DNA of 43,847 nucleotides from contig JBHLLO010000020.1 of the NCBI GenBank assembly GCA_048885535.1, forward strand, positions 1 to 43,847. Reading direction: 5' to 3'. Made by a program: the position numbers and the translations under genes. Below are positions 9,698-17,991 of this stretch, one piece after another. The DNA is from Candidatus Hermodarchaeota archaeon (lineage in GTDB: Archaea > Asgardarchaeota > Lokiarchaeia > Sigyniarchaeales > SOKP01). The first letter of the stretch is position 1, and every line of letters begins with the position of its first letter. Below the pieces are notes generated by a model. It had not been told where the DNA came from. It was given only the letters and a program-made list of their open reading frames with translations, and did not search any database.

Positions 9698-10396
9698 TCA
9701 TTTTTCGTACATATCAAAGTAAAAAGATTCTTCTTTCTTTTGATTCTCTATTAACCAGGCTTTATATTTATATGTCATTTTACGTTTTTTCAGGGGTTTG
9801 TAGGAAGTTTCTTCTTCGAACAATATTTGTTTCATCTCCGAATTTAATTTCTTATATATTTCTTTATTTGAAGCTCTCTCCATGAGAAAAAAAGCTATGA
9901 TAGCAAAAAAAATAATTCCTGGCGTTATCATATAGCGAGCGATTTGAGGAGAATAAACGAGTGAAAATGTACCAAAAATTAACGCTATAGGGACAGTACA
10001 ATAACAGCAATAATAACAACATGTAGTACCATAATATTTTACTTTTGGTTTAAAACTTATATCTAAATTACGCAATTTTGCGTCTTTTATCAACCACTTT
10101 TTATAGGATTTTGTTATTTTTTTTCCTTTTAAAGGTTCTAAGCCTATCTCTTCTAAAAAAGTTTCACGGCTTATTTTTGAATCTAGCATAATACAAGTTC
10201 TTTTAATTCTTCTAAGGATTAATGAATATATAATTAAAATAAATAATATTGAATAAATTAAATAGAAATACCATTCAAGATTTAATAAAACATCAAAAGG
10301 AACCAACCAGAAGAAAAGGATTAATAATAAAATGCAATTAGTTAAGATCTTTTCAAACTTGGCACGTATATATAAGCTTAGAAATTCTAACAGCAT
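9698..10396 (-). CDS. Hypothetical membrane protein with internal duplication
   Basis: Two hydrophobic helix pairs, each followed by a FxEExxxxPLKxxKxTxxYKxWLI motif. Cys cluster TCCYYCCYC. Confidence 0.7.
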   Translation of the reverse strand: MLLEFLSLYIRAKFEKILTNCILLLILFFWLVPFDVLLNLEWYFYLIYSILFILIIYSLILRRIKRTCIMLDSKISRETFLEEIGLEPLKGKKITKSYKKWLIKDAKLRNLDISFKPKVKYYGTTCCYYCCYCTVPIALIFGTFSLVYSPQIARYMITPGIIFFAIIAFFLMERASNKEIYKKLNSEMKQILFEEETSYKPLKKRKMTYKYKAWLIENQKKEESFYFDMYEK

Positions 10397-10499
10397 TTTA
10401 ATTATCTTAGGATAATTTTATTCTTAAGTTGAATTAAATTAAGAAACAAGACATTAGAAAAAAAAAGTTTGAAAATTATTATATTTTTACTAAATTTAA

Positions 10500-11978
10500 T
10501 CATTTTTCAATGGGTGTTCCGCACCAAATACAGAATTTATCTTTTTCTGAAAGTTTACTTCCACAGAAAGAACAAACTTTAGCTTTAGCGGGAGTTATTA
10601 TTTCTGAAGCTCCAATGTTTCTGCCTTCTGCCTTAGCTCCACATCTTGGGCAAAAATTTGCATCTTTTCTCATATCAAAGCCACATCGAGGACAATATTC
10701 AGTTTCGGCTTCAACAACTTCCTTAGCTTCTGTTTTAACGGTTGTGTCTTCGGGCTTTTCTGGCTTTTCTTCTTTTTTCGCTTTTAAACTCTGAGCTTTT
10801 TGACTTCTTCTCGCTACGAATGCAATAATTATAACAATGACAATGATTACTAATCCAACAATTAATATCCATGAAATATCAATCCATCTATCAGCATAAG
10901 TCACCCCTGTTTCATATGTGACATCAAAAGTAATGGTTGTAGATTCTTCTGGTGAATTAAATGGATCAAAATATATAAAAAAGTACCAATTACCTGAGTA
11001 AGGAACATTAAATGTACCAGAATAGGGAAGTTTAAATGATTCTCTTACCTCGTAAGCACCAGAAAAGTCGATAACATCTGCAGCAAGATAATTAACAGTA
11101 TAAAATATATTAACTGTTCCTGGAAGATCGTTATACCAAACTAGATAATAGTCATCTGCTTGAGTTATTGAAAAGACTCCTGAAGTACCATTGGTATTTA
11201 ATACCTCCTCATAAAAGCTGGGACTCCCTCCTTGATTCCAAATGTAAAGTTGATAAGCATCTGCTATAAAGAAATCAACGGTACTATTCGCTGTAAAATC
11301 ATAGTTAATAGAGGAAGTTGGATTTAAGTAAAGCCAATAAGTTTGATATTGGTTGCTAGATAAATTAAATGAATATATATCGCCACCGGGTCTATTCCAG
11401 GTGGGTAAATTTTCAAATGGTTGATCCCAAATTGCAAAACTTATATTACTTGGTAATGATCGAATTGAATATGTAATACTATTTCCACCATTAATATATT
11501 CATATTCATACCAATATTCATTATAATAGAGAGTTTCAGTAGATCGATAATTTACAGTCCCAGATGCATCAGCATCAGTAAAAGGAAACCATAATCCTAC
11601 ACCAAGGAAAGGTAATATGATTAAACCAAATATAATAGCAAAAAGTATTCCACCACCGACGTATACAGGACTGTAATACCATGGTCGATACCAATATCCA
11701 GACCACCAGGGGGAATACCACCATCGCCAATACCATGGTCTATATCCCCACCAATAATAGCGTCGATGGGGGTAATAGTATCCATGTCTATAGGGACCAC
11801 GCGGAGGACGTGATACAATTCGAGATGATCCTGTTCTACCAAATGGTACTCCACTCCTTCCTGTGCGGAAACTAGCTGGACCACCCCTAAAGCCACCACC
11901 TCTGAATCCTCCACCAAATCCTCCACCTCTAAAACCGCCACCTCTGAAACCACCCCTAAATCCACCACCACGAGGCAT
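10500..11978 (-). CDS. Two-pass membrane protein: N-terminal RGG/GAR tract, aromatic-rich segment, beta-rich ectodomain, C-terminal double zinc ribbon
   Basis: MPRGGGFRGGFRGGG..., TM1 ILFAIIFGLIILPFLGVGLWF, TM2 WILIVGLVIIVIVIIIAFVA, CPRC/CPRC and CSFC/CIWC pairs. SD GAGGTGA 6 nt before the ATG. Confidence 0.85.
   Translation of the reverse strand: MPRGGGFRGGFRGGGFRGGGFGGGFRGGGFRGGPASFRTGRSGVPFGRTGSSRIVSRPPRGPYRHGYYYPHRRYYWWGYRPWYWRWWYSPWWSGYWYRPWYYSPVYVGGGILFAIIFGLIILPFLGVGLWFPFTDADASGTVNYRSTETLYYNEYWYEYEYINGGNSITYSIRSLPSNISFAIWDQPFENLPTWNRPGGDIYSFNLSSNQYQTYWLYLNPTSSINYDFTANSTVDFFIADAYQLYIWNQGGSPSFYEEVLNTNGTSGVFSITQADDYYLVWYNDLPGTVNIFYTVNYLAADVIDFSGAYEVRESFKLPYSGTFNVPYSGNWYFFIYFDPFNSPEESTTITFDVTYETGVTYADRWIDISWILIVGLVIIVIVIIIAFVARRSQKAQSLKAKKEEKPEKPEDTTVKTEAKEVVEAETEYCPRCGFDMRKDANFCPRCGAKAEGRNIGASEIITPAKAKVCSFCGSKLSEKDKFCIWCGTPIEK
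11880..11972 (-). repeat. Coding low-complexity tandem repeat encoding (R)GG(G)F units
   Basis: Imperfect 12-15 bp units on the + strand (e.g. ccacctctgaa, ccacctctaaa, ccacccctaaa) encode RGGGF-RGGF-RGGGF-RGGGF-GGGF-RGGGF-RGG. Confidence 0.9.
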
Positions 11979-11979
11979 A

Positions 11980-12984
11980 TTATTTCACCTCTCTATTTTT
12001 AGATGTTCCTTTCTGTCTAAAAAATCGGTCATGATTTATTGCTGCGATTATTAAAACCATTGAAATTATTGACATTGACAAACCTAAAGCATCTGGTGCT
12101 ACAAAGGTTGATACTCCTGAAAGTACAAAGGCAATCCCAAATAATATCCATTCAATCACCATAAAGACTAATAAGAGTAATGGAAAGACATTTCGCAGTA
12201 AAAATTCAGTAAGAGTATACTTTTTACCTGTATAACTAGCATATATTAAGGAGAATAAACTTATTATACCAAAAATTAGAATTAAGACACTGAATACTAT
12301 TATTGCGATCCAAATCCCTCCATTTAATGAAAATACATCAAGATAGGAGACAAAATAATTAAAACCTCTTGCTTCGAATAATTGAAATGTTACTCTTCCA
12401 TCAATTGAAAATGCTATTCCGAATAAACTAGATAGATCCATCTGATTTCCGACAAAAAACCCATATGCTCCACCGAATGGTAGAAATATACCAAGTAGAA
12501 CTGCTAAAATTGAACAAACAGCTGTAAACAAGAATTCTGCCATTCTTGTATTAGTAACTTGGATTAATCCTATTTCATCAATATTCTCATCAGGAATAAA
12601 ACTCCAACAATCTTGAATTGAACAGACCCCCAATAGTTTCCCATTCTCTACAACAGGGACAACGTTCGCTTGTAAATCCCTCATTCTAGTAAAAGCTTCT
12701 GTAACAGGAGTACTTAATGATACTGGAGTAATTTTATACATTGCTGTTATTACATTTGCGGTTTTTGGATCTAACCCTTCTGCTATAACATCTTGAATAA
12801 TATCAAAGTCACCAATTACTCCCAAAACTTTTTCTGTACCTTCTTCTATCACAACTAAGTCTGGTATACCCATTTTTTTCATTTTTTGGGCAGCTTCATT
12901 AACTGTTGCTTTACTGCTTATAGTTCCATATTCATCGTCAATGATTAAATCTTTTACATAATACTGTTTTGTGGATAAGCCCAT
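11980..12984 (-). CDS. CBS-pair protein with C-terminal multi-pass membrane domain
   Basis: Two CBS repeats (TVNEAAQKM...VLGVIGDFDI; PVTEAFTRM...PVVENGKLLGVCSIQD), then about 4 hydrophobic helices. The stop codon is 1 bp from the next start. Confidence 0.85.
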   Translation of the reverse strand: MGLSTKQYYVKDLIIDDEYGTISSKATVNEAAQKMKKMGIPDLVVIEEGTEKVLGVIGDFDIIQDVIAEGLDPKTANVITAMYKITPVSLSTPVTEAFTRMRDLQANVVPVVENGKLLGVCSIQDCWSFIPDENIDEIGLIQVTNTRMAEFLFTAVCSILAVLLGIFLPFGGAYGFFVGNQMDLSSLFGIAFSIDGRVTFQLFEARGFNYFVSYLDVFSLNGGIWIAIIVFSVLILIFGIISLFSLIYASYTGKKYTLTEFLLRNVFPLLLLVFMVIEWILFGIAFVLSGVSTFVAPDALGLSMSIISMVLIIAAINHDRFFRQKGTSKNREVK

Positions 12985-13270
12985 TTATAATCACATTTTT
13001 TGTTAAATTAATTATTAAATATAAAAACTAACTGGGGTATTAAATGTTACTATAGTCCAATTATTATCTGGGGTTTATATATTGTAAGAAGAAATAACAT
13101 ACTCCCTATAAATCCAAATTTTTTGAAGAGTGATTGAAAAGACATTGAAATATATTGATTAAAAGAGTTTGAATGTTTTGGTTTCATTTATTGTTGTACT
13201 ACTAATCCTAAATAGGAAATAAGCCTTAATATTCAATATTTCAACAAAATAAAAAAGAGAAAAGTTAGTA

Positions 13271-13726
13271 CTAATAAAATTCTGTTTCTATCACAGTAGT
13301 AGAATTAACAAGTTCTTGTGCCGCCTTAGTTGCTCGCATCACTTTAGCCATATTCCCAACGAGCTTAAATTTACCTGCCATTAATCCTTGTATGGGGTCT
13401 AGTTCTTTCCTTAAAACTTTTACCCAGTTTTCATAAGGTCCTGAGAAAACAAACTCTGCACCAACCTTTTCACCTTCTTTCAAAGGTCTGGGAGGTGAAT
13501 TGGGAGGTAAAATATCATACTCTTCATTTGGAGCTAGAATTTTTGCTCCTGTGCAATCTCCCTTGTACAATCCTATGAACATTTTAATTTCGTGATTTAA
13601 ATTTCCACTTGGTTCAACAACAAAAATAAAATCTCCTTCCCACCAAGAAGCAGCGGCTTTATAATTAGCGTTGTTGTTAAGAGCTTTTACATAAGCTTCA
13701 GTCCATTCTTCAGTAAATACTTTCAT
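13271..13726 (-). CDS. SCP2 sterol/lipid-binding domain protein
   Basis: FTEEW..AY..ALN, AEFVFSGPYENW..V....LDPIQGLMAGKFKLVGNM. The ATG at 13726 is preferred over the GTG at 13735 because the GTG lies within SD-like GAGTGA. Confidence 0.88.
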   Translation of the reverse strand: MKVFTEEWTEAYVKALNNNANYKAAASWWEGDFIFVVEPSGNLNHEIKMFIGLYKGDCTGAKILAPNEEYDILPPNSPPRPLKEGEKVGAEFVFSGPYENWVKVLRKELDPIQGLMAGKFKLVGNMAKVMRATKAAQELVNSTTVIETEFY

Positions 13727-13867
13727 TATTATCACTCTTTATTTAGAATTTTAAGGTTTTTGGTTAATATTAACTTTTATAAATACATTTTCAAATTTAG
13801 GTTTTGAGAAATCTCTTACAAATTTGCAAGTTTTATTGATAATAATTAGATTTTAAAAAATGAATTA

Positions 13868-15022
13868 TTACACTCCTACTCCAATTGTGTTTCCAATACC
13901 AGCAACTATCACTTTTGTTCCTTTCTCAGTACGTTTTCTAATTGCCATTTTAATCTTTTCTACTAAGCCTGGAACACTTTGCGTAATACTTCTTCGCATA
14001 GTTGTTATAGCATCTTCTAATGATTCTCTACACACAAGTGCATCAATTGGAATTAATTTTTTTGTTGATGATTCTTCAATATAGTACTTTTCTACACCAA
14101 TTCCTCCTATAGCGGCTCCCACCCCAACAACAATTGAACCTGTTTTATCTCCAGATAGCTTTAACCCTGCATCAATCATAATAATTCTAGATATTCCCTC
14201 TCCATGTTCTTCTATAAGTTTTTTGATGGCAGTACCAGGTTTTCCCACAGTTCCACCGGGTCCTTTTGCTCGAACAACATAAATAATTCTATCTTCAAAA
14301 TTTACTTCTTGTACGATTGTATTTTTTGCGATTTCTTTTGCCTGAATATCATCTCGTTCTGCAATATTTCTTACGAAATTACCCGCTACAAGTGGTCCTA
14401 AAGCATCACCAATTGGACTACCTTCTGAGAAAGCTTTAGCTGCATGATAATAAGACTTTGCCATTGATTTTATGATACTCATCTGCATTGAAATTTGTAC
14501 TAAGATCATATAAGATTTTGACTTTTTCCCTAAGATTAGAAAGTGTTTGACTAATCGATAAATGTAATCTACAGCCATTACGGCTTCCACCAGATTTTCA
14601 AGATTTTGAGCATCTGCAGATCCTTTTATTATATTTGGAGCCAATGCACTAACTTCTTCTTCAAATCTATTATCTCTTATATTAATTACGTGATCAATTT
14701 TTGGAATAATTCCAAAAGGATCAAGTGAAACAGGAGTAATTGCGATAAAAGTTAGAAAATCTTCAAGTTTGAGCATCAAATCTTTATCTGTTTCCTTTTT
14801 ATCAGCAAATTTCTTGAAATTGGATAGTAGGATCTGTTTGCATTCATCATCCCATTCTTTAAGCTTAGATAAACCAGATTCTATTTCTTTTTGTGATCTC
14901 CAAGCTTGGATTCGAGTTCCATAAAAGATGGAAATGAAGATCAACACAAACCATAAAACTTGAAGTAATAAACTAAGGGGATCCATCTGAGTTTGACTAA
15001 ATTGCATTAAATTAAAGATCAT
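13868..15022 (-). CDS. DUF1512 family protein (archaeal, N-terminal TM)
   Basis: PIGDALGPLVA, GPGGTVGKPG, IDAGLK, GVGAAIGGIGVEK and C-terminal GIGNTIGV are typical of DUF1512. Confidence 0.85.
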   Translation of the reverse strand: MIFNLMQFSQTQMDPLSLLLQVLWFVLIFISIFYGTRIQAWRSQKEIESGLSKLKEWDDECKQILLSNFKKFADKKETDKDLMLKLEDFLTFIAITPVSLDPFGIIPKIDHVINIRDNRFEEEVSALAPNIIKGSADAQNLENLVEAVMAVDYIYRLVKHFLILGKKSKSYMILVQISMQMSIIKSMAKSYYHAAKAFSEGSPIGDALGPLVAGNFVRNIAERDDIQAKEIAKNTIVQEVNFEDRIIYVVRAKGPGGTVGKPGTAIKKLIEEHGEGISRIIMIDAGLKLSGDKTGSIVVGVGAAIGGIGVEKYYIEESSTKKLIPIDALVCRESLEDAITTMRRSITQSVPGLVEKIKMAIRKRTEKGTKVIVAGIGNTIGVGV

Positions 15023-15167
15023 GATTATCGTTTCTATTTTTTATGTTTTCATTTATTAGAATTTTAATCTAGTTAGTTTTCATAATAACAAAATTTATTT
15101 AGTTTTATATTCTTTTCTATTATAAAGATTAGTTGTTAAAAGAAAACAGAGGGTTCAAGGAAAACAC

Positions 15168-15602
15168 ATGATCGACGATGAGGATGAAGAAGAGGAATAC
15201 TTAAAGAAAGGGATTTCACTCAAGAGCGTTTTGAAAAACTTGTTATTGATAGCTTTGATAATAGTTGGTGCACTGTTTATTTATTTGGGTAGTGGTACTA
15301 ACCAAGTTACTAACTTCTTTATAGGCTTTTCATTTATATGTTTGGGTTCTGCTTTAATTCAAATTCAAAAACGTCCATCTGAACCAATTAGGCAAACTCT
15401 GTCTATTTTAAAGTGTAAACTATGTGGAGTTACAAAAGTAAGAAATTACCAGCATGGAGACTTCGTTTTTAAAGAAGTAGAAGCATGTAATGATTGCAAT
15501 GAGGCAATGGAAGTAGATCAAATCTATAGTGTGAAATTAAAGAAACCTGTTACTCCGAAAAAGGAAGAATCGAAAATTAATGTTAAGGAACCCAGTAAAT
15601 AA
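15168..15602 (+). CDS. Small membrane protein with C-terminal zinc ribbon
   Basis: Acidic N-terminus, 2 TM helices, CKLC...GDFVFK...CNDC...IY. Confidence 0.75.
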   Translation: MIDDEDEEEEYLKKGISLKSVLKNLLLIALIIVGALFIYLGSGTNQVTNFFIGFSFICLGSALIQIQKRPSEPIRQTLSILKCKLCGVTKVRNYQHGDFVFKEVEACNDCNEAMEVDQIYSVKLKKPVTPKKEESKINVKEPSK

Positions 15603-15624
15603 ATTTACTAATTCTTAGCTAAGT

Positions 15625-16080
15625 GTGGTCCCTATATTAAACAAATTAGGAATGGGTGGAACTTTTGATCATTTGCATCAAGGTCATAAATATTTGATAA
15701 AAACAGCTTTAAGACTATCACATAAAATTGAAATTGGCTTAACATCACAAGATTTGTTAAAAAATAAAAAAGCTCATTCTAAATTGGAGGATTATGCTAC
15801 AAGAAAGAAAAAATTAGAGGGTTTTATTAAATCTTTTGCTAATTTGAATAGAGTAAGTATTGTAGAAATTAAAAGTTGGGATGATATGGCTAAGTATTCT
15901 CAAAATCCTGAATACGATGGTTTGATCGTAAGTGAAGAAACATATTCAAACGCAGTGAAATTAAATGACCTAAGAGAAGAAAAGGGGATGGAACGGTTAA
16001 TTTTAATTGTCATACCGATAATAAAAGATAAAAATAACAAAAAGATTAGTTCAACTGCTATTCGGGAAACCTTAAGGTAA
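15625..16080 (+). CDS. coaD: Phosphopantetheine adenylyltransferase (archaeal/eukaryotic type)
   Basis: GGTFDHLHQGHK (HxGH), IGLTS, IVSEET, KISSTAIR. Confidence 0.92.
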   Translation: MVPILNKLGMGGTFDHLHQGHKYLIKTALRLSHKIEIGLTSQDLLKNKKAHSKLEDYATRKKKLEGFIKSFANLNRVSIVEIKSWDDMAKYSQNPEYDGLIVSEETYSNAVKLNDLREEKGMERLILIVIPIIKDKNNKKISSTAIRETLR

Positions 16081-16221
16081 AAAAATTTTTTAGGATCATA
16101 TCATATTTATATTTATATAGATTATTGCTTGAGATGTATTAAATTTGAAGGAAATTCTAGATGCATTATATCATATATATAATCTCAAGTATGCTTCATT
16201 ATTCTTCCTATTTTTTAATCT

Positions 16222-16263
16222 GCCAAGGGACTAAATATTCAATTTTTGGTTTTTTCCCTTGGC
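16222..16263. repeat. 9-bp perfect inverted repeat (GCCAAGGGA / TCCCTTGGC) in the intergenic region
   Basis: GCCAAGGGA at 16222-16230 and TCCCTTGGC at 16255-16263; GC-rich relative to the surroundings. Confidence 0.7.
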
Positions 16264-16395
16264 TGCTGTAAACAATTACATAAATTTGTTATATTGCCAT
16301 TTTTTAACTGTCAAGGTAATTATTTCTTCTCTAGTTCAAGATAGAGTGCTTTTAAGCTAATATTTACGCGTAAGATTTAAATAGGTTAAAAATTT

Positions 16396-16411
16396 AGAAA
16401 GTATATATTAA
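16396..16411 (+). promoter_or_regulatory. Candidate BRE/TATA box for pheS
   Basis: AGAAAG-TATATATT about 30 nt upstream of the pheS ATG, which lacks an SD. Weak evidence in an AT-rich background. Confidence 0.35.
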
Positions 16412-16438
16412 AAAGTAATAATTTTTAGATGTATTTAG

Positions 16439-17980
16439 ATGACAATCAAACTTAGGAAACAAGTAATCACTATATTAAAGATTTTAAAAGAAAAAGGAAA
16501 AAACGTAATAGCAGAAGATTTAGCTGAAGAATTAAATCTTGATTATATAATCCTTATGTCTGCAGTAAACGACCTTATAGAATATGATTTAGGTGGATTT
16601 AAAGAGAAAGAGATTAATAAGATATCACTAAATAAAGAAGGGAGAAAATATTTAAAAGATTTTTTACCTGAAAGACAGCTTCTACAGTTCTTGATAAAGA
16701 ACAATATTAAAGAAACCTCTATAAATGATCTCTTAAAGAAAACCAAATTTGATGAGAGTCTTTTCTATATTGGTCTTTCTAATATGAAAAAAAATAAATG
16801 GATAGCTGAAAGTAAAGCAACTGGAGAAAACAAAATTTTTCTCATTAAGGAGCAATATCCTGAGACGGACTTCGAGGTTTTTTTAAAAAAATTTGAAGAT
16901 AATCCTACTTTAGACTATGCGTCAATATCTAAAGCCGATAAACATCATGTTGAAATTCTAAATAAAAGAAAACTCATAGAGAAAACAAAGAAAACAGAAA
17001 GAATTATCTTTTTAACTGAGAAGGGTAAAAAGCAACCTTTATCCAAGATTCAAGAATTAAAACAGGTAAGTAAAATCACACATGAAATGATAACTAGTAA
17101 AACTTGGAACAAATATGAATTAAAACCATTTGACGTCACTAAACCAGGACCTTTATTAAAAGCGGGAAAGATACATCCTTTAATTAATTTAATCAATGAA
17201 ATAAGAGATGTATTTTTATCTATGGGATTTACAGAAATTAGAGGACCAATCATTGAAAGTGCATTTTATAACTTTGATGCTTTATTTCAACCTCAAGATC
17301 ATCCTGCTCGTGAGTTACAAGATACATTTTATTTAAGCAACCCAAAAGCTGCAAAGTTACCAGAAAAAGATAGAGTATTGGCAGTCAAAGCGACCCATGA
17401 GAATGGAGGGGAAAGTGGTTCTTTAGGATGGGGCTATGAATGGGATGAAAATATTGCTAAAAAAACCTTATTGAGACCACACACAACGGCTACAACTATG
17501 AGAAGATTAGCCCAATTTTACAGAAACCAAGAACAGGTTCCAGTAAAAGTATTTTGTGTAGACAGAGTATTTCGAAATGAAAGAGTGGATAAATCACATC
17601 TAGCAGAATTCACCCAAATAGAAGGTATAGTAATCGATGATAATCTGACCTTATGTGATTTAATTGGTTTACTTTCAGAATTCTATAAAAAGTTAGGATT
17701 TAAAAAAATTATTACTAGACCAGGATTTTTTCCATATACGGAACCGAGTATGGAGGTTTCAGTATATTATGACAAATTGGGTGAATGGTTAGAGATGGGA
17801 GGATCTGGAATATTTAGACCAGAAGTGACTTATCCTTGGGGAATTCGAGAGCCAACACGGGTATTAGCATGGGGTCAAGGATTAGAAAGAATTGCAATGC
17901 TTTATTATGACAGAAGCGATATGAGAGATTTTTATATTAATCCAATAAAATGGTTAAGGCAACAATCTTATTATAAATGA
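16439..17980 (+). CDS. pheS: Phenylalanine--tRNA ligase alpha subunit (archaeal type)
   Basis: NFDALFQPQDHPARELQDTF, LRPHTT, RVFRNE..D.SHLAEFTQIEG, FFPYTEPS, AWGQGLERIAM; long N-terminal winged-helix-like region. Confidence 0.97.
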   Translation: MTIKLRKQVITILKILKEKGKNVIAEDLAEELNLDYIILMSAVNDLIEYDLGGFKEKEINKISLNKEGRKYLKDFLPERQLLQFLIKNNIKETSINDLLKKTKFDESLFYIGLSNMKKNKWIAESKATGENKIFLIKEQYPETDFEVFLKKFEDNPTLDYASISKADKHHVEILNKRKLIEKTKKTERIIFLTEKGKKQPLSKIQELKQVSKITHEMITSKTWNKYELKPFDVTKPGPLLKAGKIHPLINLINEIRDVFLSMGFTEIRGPIIESAFYNFDALFQPQDHPARELQDTFYLSNPKAAKLPEKDRVLAVKATHENGGESGSLGWGYEWDENIAKKTLLRPHTTATTMRRLAQFYRNQEQVPVKVFCVDRVFRNERVDKSHLAEFTQIEGIVIDDNLTLCDLIGLLSEFYKKLGFKKIITRPGFFPYTEPSMEVSVYYDKLGEWLEMGGSGIFRPEVTYPWGIREPTRVLAWGQGLERIAMLYYDRSDMRDFYINPIKWLRQQSYYK

Positions 17981-17985
17981 GGTGA
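17979..17985 (+). promoter_or_regulatory. Shine-Dalgarno GAGGTGA for pheT, overlapping the pheS stop
   Basis: Same motif and 6-nt spacing as the GAGGTGA-aataat-ATG of the gene starting at 11978. Confidence 0.8.
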
Positions 17986-17991
17986 ACAAAA

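Noticed and set aside
11621-11971. 116-aa alternative-frame ORF (and the Pro-rich antisense ORF 11863-12054) over the RGG tract
   Set aside because: By-products of the G-rich repeat lacking stops in other frames. The SD supports the ATG at 11978 and no family motifs are present.
16200-16350. Possible SECIS element or T-box riboswitch upstream of pheS
   Set aside because: No AUGA/GA quartet arrangement in the stem, no in-frame UGA selenoprotein nearby, and no T-box consensus recognised. Kept only as an unexplained structured region.
17983-17985. In-frame TGA just upstream of pheT (and at 26845) as selenocysteine or read-through
   Set aside because: The TGA is part of the GGTGA Shine-Dalgarno motif, which is necessarily in frame at 6-nt spacing, and homology begins after it.
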